Positions 11,490 to 24,900 of a stretch of 34,110 bases of DNA are shown here, piece after piece. The stretch comes from Trichoplax sp. H2 (lineage: Eukaryota): contig NOWV01000181.1 in the NCBI GenBank assembly GCA_003344405.1, forward strand, positions 1 through 34,110. Reading direction: 5' to 3'. How positions within the stretch are numbered: position 1 is the stretch's first letter; each line of letters begins with the position of its first letter. The position numbers were made by a program, and so were the translations under genes. Below the pieces are notes generated by a model. It did no database searches. It was given only the letters and a program-made list of their open reading frames with translations, and had not been told where the DNA came from.

Positions 11490-11815
11490 TCGATGTATTC
11501 CCTTGAGACCTTTCTCGATGTATTCCCTAGAGACCTTTGTCGATGTATTCCCTTGGGATCTCTCTCGATGTATTCCCTAGAGACCTTTCTCGATGTATTC
11601 CCTTGGGATCTCTCTCGATGTATTTCCTTAAAAGATCTGACTCGATGTATTCCCTAGAGACCTTCTCGATGTATTCCCTTGGGATCTCTCTCGATGTATT
11701 CCCTAAAGATCTGACTCGATGTATTCCCTAGAGACCTTTCTCGATGTATTCCCTTGGGATCTCTCTTCATGTATTCCCTAGAGACGTTTCTCGATGTCAT
11801 CCCTGAAAGATATTC
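11490..11815. repeat. 25-bp minisatellite, about 13 units (core TCGATGTATTCCCT + variant tail)
   Basis: Units end in AGAGACCTTTC, TGGGATCTCTC or AAAGATCTGAC. Confidence 0.95.
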
Positions 11816-12328
11816 CATCCATTCTCTAAATATTTCGTGCGTTACTTATCCAGCCTATTTTCAAGCTACCATATGATATACCAGTTACAAAATGTGTATG
11901 GTACCCTATATCCTATTNNNNNNNNNNNNNNNNNNNNCTCAACTTACATCAATGTAATCGAATTTTATCACCGATAGGATGATGCAGAAACTACGTACAC
12001 TAAACTCAAATATGTACAGTTTAATCGTAATATTGTCGATCAGGGAATGATGGCACCGACATATTTTCCAATGAGCTGCATTCGCACATCAAGCCATACG
12101 TATAATCTAGCATTTCTAGTGATGCTCTATGAAAGTGGATAGCCTGATGATGACCCTCTATCTACGGGTCCGGTCTATAGATTCTCCGTGTATTCTCTAA
12201 CGATTCTCTATCGATCGATTAGCTGTAGATGCTACTTGCGATTTCTGACGATCCTCTATCTATCTGGAATATAGGTATACGCATAGATCCTCTATGTTTT
12301 GGACTATATAGTTTTAATCCATTGATCC

Positions 12329-12678
12329 TCGATGTATTCCCTTGAGACCTTTCTCGATGTATTCCCTAGAGACCTTTGTCGATGTATTCCCTTGGGATCT
12401 CTCTCGATGTATTCCCTAGAGACCTTTCTCGATGTATCCCTTGGGATCTCTCTCGATGTATTTCCTTAAAAGATCTGACTCGATGTATTCCCTAGAGACC
12501 TTCTCGATGTATTCCCTTGGGATCTCTCTCGATGTATTCCCTAAAGATCTGACTCGATGTATTCCCTAGAGACCTTTCTCGATGTATTCCCTTGGGATCT
12601 CTCTTCATGTATTCCCTTGGGATCTCTCTTCATGTATTCCCTAGAGACCTTTCTCGATGTCATCCCTGGAAGATATTC
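12329..12678. repeat. 25-bp minisatellite, about 14 units (second haplotype)
   Basis: Same unit order as 11490-11815 plus one extra TTCATGTATTCCCTTGGGATCTCTC unit. Confidence 0.95.
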
Positions 12679-13360
12679 CATCCATTCTCTAAATATTTCG
12701 TGCGTTACTTATCCAGCCTATTTTCAAGCTATCATATGATATACCTGTTACAAAATGTGTATGGTACCCTATATCCTATTCGCTTTTGGACTCAGTTTCT
12801 GCCAAAATTCAGTAATATATCGCTTCCGAGCTATCTTGAGCAAGAGATGCTAGAGGACTAGCAATGATATTACCAAGCTCTGTCTACGCCACAGGTAAAC
12901 TGCAGAGCTGACTACTTGTGCCCCATTTATTCCACAAATGAATATCATCGTATTCCTTTAGATAGTCTCTAAGATGGTTCTTGGTGTTATGGTATACTTT
13001 AGGTCTACTCTACAGCTAGAAAAAAATTCCCATCTAGCTGAACATAGACAACATATAGCAGGAATATTTTCAATATTAGCTCAGAATTGAAGGCAAAGAG
13101 CTATCATGGAGCATCTTGAGCATCTTGCAGCCTCCACCCACTTTCTGCAAATAAATTCATAAACAGCGAAAGAATGACATCATCCTTGATGGGTTTGCAT
13201 AAATTAACGAATTGATAGCTGGATTGTAGCTCATGATCTATTCCTATGTCGATATAGAACTCTAGAAAGCAGCTAATCCAAGGCAGTTTAGTATATAAGA
13301 ATAATTTTGGACTAGGTCCACTGCTACGATTATAAGAAGGATAGGTTGTTACTTCTTGGT

Positions 13361-13397
13361 AGTATACATACACGATCATTGATCGTGTATGTATACT
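13361..13397. repeat. Perfect palindrome, 18-bp arms with a 1-nt centre
   Basis: AGTATACATACACGATCA-T-TGATCGTGTATGTATACT. Confidence 0.95.
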
Positions 13398-13666
13398 TTA
13401 CTATGGATCTAATCAACGCTCCCAGCGCTTTTCCCAAGACTTGATTGTGCAATGTTATTGATTCTGGATAAGAATAACTATGATACTCAAACATGTCTTT
13501 CATAGCCTTGCTTTACTATTAGAACCATCGCCATCCTTTGCAATGTTTTTATTCGTTATTCGCTAATGTTATCCTTTACCTTCCTCTCTTCTGGCATCCA
13601 TCTTGATCTGGCTAATTTGGGCTATTACTTTAGGATTATTGCTTCCAACTCTATTCATTTCATTCC

Positions 13667-15936
13667 ATGGGCATCTTTACCAATTCTATCTTTACATTAC
13701 AGCTAAGTTCTACCGTTCATTTCAAGCGAAAGCAAGAAATTCGCCATCAAATTATCACTCATGATGGCACCATTTCTTACATGTTTAATCGAAAGGTAAT
13801 TAGCACAATTTGGATCATTTTTTCAATCGATAGTGTGGCCAAGAACCGTAGGAATGATGTTGTTGGGTATTGGATAGACATGGTCTAGTAATAAGACGAT
13901 GAGAATCGATATTTAGCGATTGTAAAGATAGCTTTCGATCACATGATTGTTCTAAATCGATGGAATAGCGATCAGAGCTATTGATGTTGATTGGGTGTAG
14001 TAAGATGGATATAAGCGATTCGTTCTATTAGCCTAGCAATGACGATTAATCTACCTAGCTACGTTAGTATCTGTATTTCAAGTAGCTTTCTTTATTGCAA
14101 AGATTGTCTAAACATAAATTTTGCTCATCGACCATATGATGACGATAAAGGATCATGTTTACTTTCTGTCATTATTAGCTTGCTATAGAGATGGCCATGC
14201 TAGAGTAGTTATCAAACAATTCGATAAACTACCATAATATCTGTATTTTAAGGAACTGTTGCTATTGCAAAGGTATACAGTAGTATACGTAAGCATAGTA
14301 GAAATACAAGATGAAGCAGTACTAACGGCGAACATGGCTGTTGTTTCTTGATAACAACGCCATGAAAAGTGATCATTATACTTCCGATCGTCATGGTTTG
14401 CTATGCAGAATCGATCTTGTCAATGGCAATGTTGTAACAGCACAGTGAGGATAGGCAATCTGATTAACCGCTTTAGTGTCTATGTTATATAGATTGTAAG
14501 TAGCCTTGGTTAATTATTGTAGAGATACAGTAGTGCAGGTGTAGAACAAGCTGAATGATTAAGTAATCGTTGATTACTGCTCAATAGGACAGCGAGAAAA
14601 GAGCTAATTTACTTTCATCACCTACATTTCTACCAATGGCTATATTCTAGTAACACAGAAATAATGCCAGATTCTCTCAATTAATTATTACTTAACCATA
14701 ATGATTCGATTACAAGTGGCCTTGACTACTGCAGAAATTTTATAAATGTAGTAGAAGCCAGTATTTTTGAAACCTTCTGTGATGACTTAAAAACAATATT
14801 TCAGGCCATGGGAAAAGCACAATATCAAGCAATAACGAATTGCTGACGATATGATAATTAAAGCTCGATGCACTACGATAAAAGAGAATGCTACTTACTA
14901 TACTTTTAGTACATGCACTTTTAGCCATGATTCGATGCTACTGTAGTAACACAAAAGTGCCGTCAGTTTCTATTAATTTTATCAATTATTACTACTGTAA
15001 ACTCTGCTGTGGAGATAGTAAGGGCGAATAGAAGCTAGTATTTTGTAAACATTCTGTAGTCAATCTATTTAATAAACCATATTCCAGGCTAAAGGTAAAA
15101 GCACAACGTAAAGTAATGACGAATTATGGACGATATGAAGATTAAGGCTCGATGGCACAGCGATGAAGGATAATACTATTCTATTTTAGGTCATCATTAG
15201 CTTATAAATGGCTCTATTTCAGTAGCCAAAAAAATAATACCAATTGCCATTGGTGACCATAGTCTGTAGATTGCAATTGGCCTTAACTACTATAAAGGGA
15301 GTGAAAGCATGGTAGAAGCAATTATTTTATCTGTTTTGAATGGAAATTAATTCTAATGGATGATTGCAGTTCCCGTAATTTGATCGAGTTGGAGCTAGAT
15401 CTTTAACATTCTGTCAACAAAGGTCACATTAAATAAGGCAGCATTGGCTGATAAAGTAGCTGATCTATAACGGCTTTGCAATCCAAGTTCACCATTGTAG
15501 AACCACTGTATAATAGGACTGCTATTCTATATATTGAATATAACTCATGTACTAGATGCTATTAAGAAGCTGCTATTCCATCGTTAGACTGTAAATATTC
15601 AATAAGTTAGAGACATAGTGTAATCATAGTATCTTCCATTTTTAAAATCTGGACCATGTAACGCCTAGATCGATCAATCTTATGATTGATACAAGTGATC
15701 AAAAGTCGATTGAATAAAATTGTGCTTGCATTTATAGGTTAATTTCCTTGTTATGGATGAAGGACAAGATTATCGAGATAGTTATAAAGGCAGAACAGCA
15801 GATAAACTAGCTATTCCTATCGTATCGTTGGCATTTATTGATGCTTGTATCCGGCAACATAAATTAGTCGACCACCAGGATTTCTTGCTAAGTGGCAAGC
15901 CTTCGTCTCAGTCTTTAGCGAAAGGCAAAATAGTGG
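13667..15936 (+). CDS. PARP4: PARP4 exons 1-2 (13667-13795, 15738-15936): BRCT domain
   Basis: MGIFTNSIFTLQLSSTVHFKRKQEIRHQIITHDGTISYMFNRK|VNFLVMDE...IPIVSLAFIDACIRQHKLVD is BRCT-like. An acceptor at 13633 suggests an upstream non-coding exon. Confidence 0.85.
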
Positions 15937-18900
15937 GTAAGTCTTGAATGATACTTTAATTATAGATTAATGAATTGATCTTTGATATAGATAGAAATGT
16001 TCTTGACAATCTTGTTAGACGAGTGTTTTTAAAAATAATTTGATTTGATACGGTGCTAGTTTCTTTAGAGCTAATATAAAATGTTCGTGCTACAATCTAT
16101 GTTTTACTCTTTCCATTTAACTGCAATTTAGCTTTCAATTGCTCAATAATTTTAAACATTCATAAAACGAATTAATAATGCGTAAAAAGTGTGAGCTAGA
16201 ATGGCTACAGTTTGTGTACGACTAGAGTTTAGGTTACTATCGTGATTGCAAGCTTTATATTAACAATATGGTACTAGACCTTAATGACGAGAATGCTCAT
16301 CGTTTGGTAGAATATAATTCAAGAATTATATTTCATGTAGTAATCCACAAAACACAATGCCCATGCTTGTTGTATACTAGTATATGTTTCATACTGATAA
16401 CGCTGTTGAACGATATCAAATCTTTCTTCCTTTCAGTTCAGGAGAGATATTTATGGATTGAATTAATCTTGAATAAGAGCTTGATATAATAACGATTTAT
16501 CAAGAATGTAGAGCTTAGCAATTTAACATCTTTTAGGTATTAACAAACTCAATCCTTCTTAGGTATTAACCTTTTCAATTATTTTTGTTTGCAATTAATA
16601 CTACCAGTGCCAAGGGTTTCTATTCCGAAGAGATCCCGTTATACAGCATTTGATTTAAACAAGATCCAGTTAAGTAACTGTAAATAGAGAGGCTTAAAGT
16701 TCAATATTGAAGTTTTTAGAATACCTTGCTACTTTGTAATCTCTCAAATTAAATAACATAGTTCTAATGTTATTACTTTACCTTACTGATTTATCCTAGT
16801 ATTTTGTATTTCATGTGGATAATGACGCTCTTACCTATTAGAATGAATTTTTTTTTCATAATCTCTCCAAGCTGCATAGCTAGCATATTTCTATGTCCTT
16901 TAAATGTGCAGGGATAAAGCCTTTGGAACACATTTCATACCACAATCTCTTCCAACCGCATTTTGCAACATTTCTATCTAGACCTTGTCATATAGAATGC
17001 AAGTGTCATATTTATTAGTTTACGGTTTTTATTCAACATTATAGCAGCCAATGTAGATATTAATTGAGCTTCGAAATCTTGTACATGTTTTAAATGCCCG
17101 TATGTATTTGCAATCACCTGGCCTATACTTATACAAACGATAAATACTACTGTATTTAATAAATCTTTACTATCTTTGCAAACCTCACTTTACATTTATG
17201 AGAAGTTATTTTACCATTTATAAATGCAAATTATAAGTAATATCATGAAATTATTGCTCGATAAAAAATGACCGTACTAGAACTAAACTGCCATTTTACA
17301 GTAAAGACATTTTCGTTATCAACATTCTCGTAATTGCTTCGATAATTAATGTATTAATTAGAGTATGGAATAATAACAAACAAGGAAGTGATAAATTTGA
17401 CAGCAATTATAATATAATCAAATTGAGCCTATTGCAGGTAATATTGTAATATGTAAAGTTCTTATAAATATCCCGTAAATACAATTCAAGGCTATATTGA
17501 AACCTCTCATTATGCATAGGATAATGGGATAAACGAAAAAGAAAGAAAATTTGCAGCTATCGAACTACATCAAGAAAGGACTGAAAATTTATCTTTCCGT
17601 GTGTATTCACATCGAAAAATGGTCAAACAGGAAAATATTCTTAATAAAAATAATATGAAAGATAAGGATTGCAATAACATCAGGGAATACCGATATTGCC
17701 AAGATCTTGATCAAGCTGTTCAATTATATTCATACTTGTATCATCTCTACACAAAGTCTCCACATAATTTGCAGAAATGTTGGACCACATTGCCTATAAA
17801 TATTGGTTCTGATAAAGCGAATGAGGTACATTTTTTACTGAATCGATTAAACAAACTAATATCATATTTTGTGATCATAGTCTTAACGTTTGAAAATTAA
17901 TAGTATAACTACAGTGAGGTTCTTCAATTTAAATTGTACAGTAGCTCTTAACGTAAGTCAATCATAGCAGTACCATATTTTGTGTTCATTGCATATATCA
18001 AGTTCTCTTCAGTTAAATTTGCAGCAGATGATGAAAATAATTTACCATATTACTGCGTCTATGATATGGATGGGCAATTGAAATCATTTTTCATCGTTGC
18101 AGGTGATGGCTGAATTCCAAGCTAATGTAACTGACCGCAGTTTATCTCAAAATGTAGCCTCGTTAATACAATGCCTATGGGTAGAAGCAGTCGGCGAGTT
18201 ACAAAGTATACTCTCAACTTCTGTAAATGAACTTAAAACTACCGATCTTGCGGTTGCAGAAGGCATTTTACTCAAGTTGAAGCAGAGCGTATCTGAAAGT
18301 AACCATGATAGCGTGACTGAGCTTAACAAACAATTTTACGAATTAATTCCTCACATAGATTCTAGTGTATACATCAACTCAAGACGATTAATCAGTCAGA
18401 AGCAAGATTTGTGCCAATTAATTCATGATATGATTACTGTTAATGAAGCAAGCAATTGGCAACTCACTGGCAGCGTTAATGCCCAATATAAGGCTCTATC
18501 GTGTGATATTCAAGAATTAAATGCAAACAGCGATGAATTTAACTCTATCAAGAATTATATCTTATCATCATTGAAGGAGTAAATCTAAATACTTTACTTG
18601 TTTGTTTGGATCTTATTAAAATTTTAATTAGCATTTGTTGAGTGATGCTGTAGAGGATCGATTTGAGATTTCTTTAAACGCTTTCCATTTTAGGAATGAT
18701 TCCACCACGGTCAACATAAAATATATATATTCTGTGGCTCGTAAAGTCGAGAATAAGTTATTTACTCATGAAATGGGTAATAAGAAACTATTATTTCATG
18801 CTAGTCAAGTAAGTTGAATTGGCTCTATCCCTATTCTTAGCCTAATCTTAATCTTGTGTCCTTTTGAATATGAATGAACTTACTCTGTTCGTAAAAATGA

Positions 18901-21900
18901 AATAGCCTAGGAACAAGATAGAAGACTTTTGCAATGAAATTTAAATATTTTTTAATAAATTTACTTTAGGTTAAAAATTACGTTGGCATTTTATCAAGGT
19001 AATATTTCCAGGATAAAGTATTGGTTAATTGATAATACTGTTTAGTGCAATAAACGAATTCGGTGATGATTTATATTCTACATCTGTATACTGTAGGGGT
19101 TTACTGTTGCCCAAAATAGTTGTAAGTGAGTATGGTGGCGAAAGATCGGATTCTGGTAATCTTGGTAGTGGAATTTACTTTGCCGATTCATGCAGGTTTG
19201 AAGAACATTATTTTGAGGCTTTTACTGATATTCATTGTATTGAGGCTAAGTAATATATATTATAATTCATCAGTACAAGTTTGCAATATTGCAACATCAA
19301 CAAGAATAATGGCACACGAATGATGCTCGTTTGCGAAGTAGCTCTAGGAAAGAGTAAAGTAAGCAAATTTCGGTCATAATTAGACTTTGATATCCTGATC
19401 GATTGTCGTAAATATTACGTTGCAAATGTAATATAGATTTATAGAGACCAACATTTAGAGCTTACTTCACCGCCATCAGGCTATGATAGTGTGCATGGGA
19501 TTGCCAGCTCTGAAAATGACCTATCCTATTTCACGGTAAGCTTTAAAAAGAATACGAATTAAATAAATTTTCATAATTTTAATTTTTTGTCTTGGTATGT
19601 TTTTTAGAATAACGAATACGTCATCTACAACTCAAAGCAACAAAAGCTTAGGTTTGTGATCTCATGATGGTAACTTATGTATATCCAAAAAGGAATTAAT
19701 ATCATGTACGCTTTGCAGGTATTTAATAGAATTTTCATTATCGAAAGACCCTACGAAGAAAATCAAATCGACTACAGGCCTAACTGGACATGAATTTATA
19801 CCATCACCTTTATTTCTTAATGGGTCAGGTAAAGTCAATTCTTGGGTACTTCACTATTCTCTTTTATTTCATATTCCTGATAGTTATTTGACAATATGTA
19901 TTGTTCTATTCAAGCAGTCCAAATTGACGTAAATGAGTTGCAAAATAATCAGTTGAATAAGCTCACCGAAGCTGGATTAAAGACAAGTAACAGTGAAACA
20001 CTTCCACTGACTGACGTTCATTTTAGAGTGAAATTATTAGACTTAGCTTCTGAGGTTTGAGCGATTGTAATGTAATTTTACAATATAAATAAGTAGATTT
20101 TTGATATTCCAGTTGTATAGCGACATATTACATCAATATTAGCAAATGTATTAATTGTATAATACAGGTTACATTGTAATCAAGTACAGTATGAACTGAA
20201 TTTATATTCAATGTTTGAATGGAGAATATGTCATGGATTACAACATTAGGTTGTGGTTTTGCAACGCTATTATAATAATTCGAATAACTCTATTGAAGCA
20301 AAGTACGTTTTCCCATTGGATGAAAGAGCTGCAGGTAATAGGGTGAATAAGAGTTTAATATTTTAGTCATAGTGTATGAAATCCTGATTCTTTTTTCTGT
20401 AGTTTGTGGCTTTGAAGCATTTATCAATAACAAGCACATTGTTGGTCAAGTTAAAGAAAAGGAACGTGCGCATAAAGAATACAAAGAGGCTGTCAGCCGG
20501 GGCGATGGAGCTTATCTTATGGATGAAGATTCTCCTGTACGTAAATAGTATATTTTTGATAACTGTTTGGCAATGTACGATTTTAGGGATTGCTGTACAA
20601 TTCGAGCTCTGTATTCTAGAAGTCGTTGTAAAAGATGATCTAATTACTTATCTTTATGTAACAGGACGTTTTTACCGTTAGCGTTGGCAACCTTCCTGCG
20701 AAAGCAAATGTTGTTATTAAGATTACATACGTAACCGAATTAGCTATAGAAGATGAATACTTAGATTTCTTTTTACCCTCTAATCTGGCTCCATGGAAGA
20801 CCGGAGCTGCTCTCTCTAACAAGACACAAGTAACGTCCTATTCAGAAACCTTCATCCTTTTTTAAATCTTCAAATGTGTTTAATGAAAATCGTATCCACT
20901 AATCAATTTCATGGCTTACTAGGATACAGTCGGTGTCGTCAAGATTGATGAGGCTAAAGCAATGTGAGAAATTCTGTTGTTATTTTGAGTAATAATACTA
21001 TAATTATTTGCAAACAAATTGCCCTAGTACGATTACGACAAATATCATTTTCTACATGTAAACCGAAAATTACTTGGCTAATTGTTCTCGTTTCATCTGT
21101 CATCTATTGATTAACTAAAGCGATGCATCAATACAAGTTAGCGTCGAAATGCCATTTGAAATTAGGGCCATCATGTCGCCAACGCATAATATCAAGCAAA
21201 AGGTAAGAATCGAAAGCTTTGGATAAGATTTTTCATGTTACTTTCTAAAAGCATTTGAAAATAACATTATTTGACAGTGCACTGCCACCAGAGCTGTTGT
21301 CGATACAGGAAAAATAACGTCGTTCGATAAAGGCTTTCGATTGCTCATTCGATTAGCTGAAATACACGTTCCTAGGATGTGGGCTGAAACTCATCCAGAA
21401 AAGGGCAGCCAGGTTAGTATTTAAGGACGATGAAATACGGATATATATTGCTACTCTAACTATACTGCATTTATAATTTCATAACTATACTACTCGTTAA
21501 CTATAAATTGTAGGCCTGCATGCTAACATTCTATCCAGAATTTGAAACTGTGGAAACGAAAGAGCCGGAAATTATTTTAGTTCTTGATATGTCTAATTCA
21601 ATGAAGGTCTCATTAACTGATATATCTTGGATTTACATAATCGGCATCTACACTCGTAAATTTGCGTTAGACTTGGCGTCATTCCAGACCCGGCATAATT
21701 TAAAATGGAATAACATTTTCTATCTTGAAAGGATTGCTTGCTTGATGTGAAAAAATTGGCATTATTGCTATTGAATAACTTACCATCAAATTGTCTATTT
21801 AATATTGCTGTATTTGGAACCTGTAAGCAATATAATTTATAAATTCTTTATACGGATTTGATGCATCATATCGATTTGAACAATTTTTATCGTCAAAAGC

Positions 21901-24900
21901 GCACAATGAACTTTTTCCTTGTAGCCAACAAGTTGCAAAGGACACTATCAATATTGCGCAGCAATTCATCATGGTAAGTTGAAGCAGATACTGCTGTTGT
22001 AATACTGCAGTTACTATACTTTTATATCAGTTAACGAATAATCTATATATCGCTTCAAAATATGAAGCTATCATCACTAACGTATCTGTCATTAATTTCC
22101 TAGACATTATCAGCTACATGGGGAGATAGCCAGTTCTTTAATATTTTAGATAATTATCATCACATTGCGAAAGGATTAAAGTCCAACGGAGCTTATAATT
22201 TGTTTGTAATATCAGATGGTCACTTTCCCGCTGAAAACTCAATTATTGACATCACCAGAAAAGAAATTAATTGTTTGAGAATATTTACATTTTCAATCGG
22301 GTTTGTGGTTCTCTACTCTTGAAAAGTTAATGCTAATCGTTTTGTATTTATGTTGGTTAATGTTAGGTATAAGATATTGCTTTTATGCAAGTTCGATACT
22401 TTTTTAATTCTTTAATTCTTTACCGTTTGATTATTATAATTTTGACTATGCAGGAATGTATGCAATCGTTACTTTATGCGATTACTTGCAAAAGTTGGGG
22501 CTGGTTACCATGAGCATTTTGATAGCAATTTAAAATCGAAATGGAATAGCAAGGTCGGTTGTTGTGTACCCATTATTTAAGGGATAATGATTATCTTCAT
22601 AGTAACAAGCTTTTCTAAAGTATAGTTTTCTTGCCAGAAAAGTTACTAATCATTTCTTTGAGATTTCAAACTACTCTCATTGTGGCTACGAAATTTATCT
22701 TTGGTAGATTAAGAAGCAGATTGAGAAAGCATTTCAGCCAACATTAACTTCTGTGAATGTAAATTGGCAACAATTTGGCCAAAGTTATCAATCAAATATG
22801 CAGGTATTATTCTGCTTATAAATAGAAGATAAAAGCATTCGGTATCAAACAAAAATTTTAAAACGTAAAAACATTGCAAATTTGATCTTAGTGAGGAATT
22901 GGATTAGTTGTAATTTCAACTTGCATTTATTATCAGGCGCCAGCTGATATTGTAGCTTTATTTAATGGATCACGGCAAGTAATCTATGGATTTATTCCTA
23001 ACTGCTTGCAGGTAGAATTATCGTTTGAACTATATGAACTACACTTCAGTTTGTGTATTACAAGCTTTTAGAAGAAAATTTTTCAGTATAGTTATTTATA
23101 CCTTGTAGGCAACCTTAGAGGCAGAAATAGGTGGGACACAAATTTCAACCGTCGTCTCTACTTCGGAATTAAGCAAGACATCAGGAAAGGTAACCGCCAA
23201 TCTTATACTTCTATTTTTATATTATACCTACACTTATACATCGCATCCGATTTACCACTTCTGGTAAAATATAACTGAATTCTAATTTCAATTCTTAAAT
23301 TCTTAGATCTTACACCAGTTGACAGCTCGAGCACTTATTCGCGATTATGATGAAGGTGCATACAATAATGATCGAACAAATCATGAGGTATATAATACAG
23401 TTAAAGTGTTATTAATATCGCTATAATCTATAGCATGAACTGACAATGGCAAATATGATTTGTAAAATTTATTAGGCGTTGAAGATTGATCAAAAGTCGG
23501 CTATTATTGAATTAAGTAAAGACTACTCTATTGTTAGTCCTTTTACAAGCTTTGTCGCTATTGAAGATCGAACTCAGGTATACGTACGATATCATCGTTT
23601 CTTAATACTCGTATTTCAACTCACATATATACCACTTATAGCAATCAATCTATTGCTCAAAATAAATATCAAGGAGTTAGATTACGAATCAGAGGTGTTC
23701 AATCTGGATAAACTTCTTAAAGCTGAGAACGTCGATTATCTACCTTATGTTTCGTGGAGTGGAGATTCGGTATTATACTTTAAGTTAATTATTTTTGACT
23801 TATTAGCTGAAATATTCGGAAATAAATTTGTTTTAATATGATGTATCCTAGTCTAGAAAATGCTTGCACATACAGCTATAGATTACTTATAGCTTCTAAA
23901 TATTTCTTCTCTTGATTAAGCTGTATTGAAATTGTTTGGAGGCTTACGGTACCTCAGTCGTAACAATAAGATGTGCTATAATTAGATAAAATTTCAATAT
24001 CATCCTTGAACGAAATTTTCGTAGTTTGTAAATTTGTTACACTAGGGTGATTTAATCGTAGGTTGTTGATTTTTGTTTCTTTTAGAGTCTTGCAGAAAGC
24101 CAAGAAATGTCCTCTACTGTTTGCCCTGTAAGTACAACTAGTCTAGACTCCCGCTTAATTTAGTGGAAATTAATTTAGTAATTTACCTCAGTAAGTATCT
24201 ATACTTTTATTGTTTATTTACCGTTACGTGGAAGTTATGGATCTTTACTGATGAATTTCTCGTGATTAATTACCTGCCAATAATATGATCTTCCATAACT
24301 ACATGAAATGACAACATCAGCCATGAATGGAATTTACTTAAGTCATACAATTATGAAACTAGGACGATGTAATTGTAAATTTTTGTGTTGCATACTTTCA
24401 TTATTTCTTAGATTATTACAGAGACTCAAGAAGGGCTCGGTCTTGATTACGCTGTAAGTATAACTAATTAATGGTAAATTTAGTATCGTTTGTGAACATT
24501 AATCAACGTCACTAAATATCTATGCTTATTATCAGAATCATTTGTTTTCCTTTGATTAAATGTTATGAATTCTTACTTATGGATTTTTTACTTAATTATA
24601 TGTCACACATAAGTTGGATGGGGTAGATGGGGATTATGAAATGGATACTGATAACTTTGTCCAGGAAGAAGCAGATGAAGAGAAATATTGTCCTGACTTC
24701 TTTTACGATTTTGCAATGGATTTATGCGTATCTGAATATGATGAAAATAAGCGGTCGAATTTTGTTAGTTACGACGGGTATGTTAAAATAGTGAGAATGG
24801 TGCAAGTTTTAGCATCTATTTTCTTTGTATTGTTGTAGAAGCCCAATTGCTGTATAGCACATTAGCTTCCATGCTATAGTTCCTCTGGTTCTTTTAAGTT

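Larger units (their letters stand above)
11036..12780. repeat. Near-identical duplicated block across gap 11918-11937 (probable allelic haplotypes)
   Basis: 11036-11917 matches 11938-12780, with SNPs, an indel of about 60-65 bp and different minisatellite copy number. Confidence 0.88.

Noticed and set aside
11490-12678. CRISPR-like array (constant core with variable intervening sequence)
   Set aside because: The core is only 14 bp and the tails 10-13 bp. The tails recur and resemble each other, there are no cas genes, and the context is eukaryotic. It is a minisatellite.
11537-12861. ORFs 11537-11731, 12557-12739 and 12592-12861
   Set aside because: Translations of the 25-bp repeat; the frames differ between the two haplotype copies.
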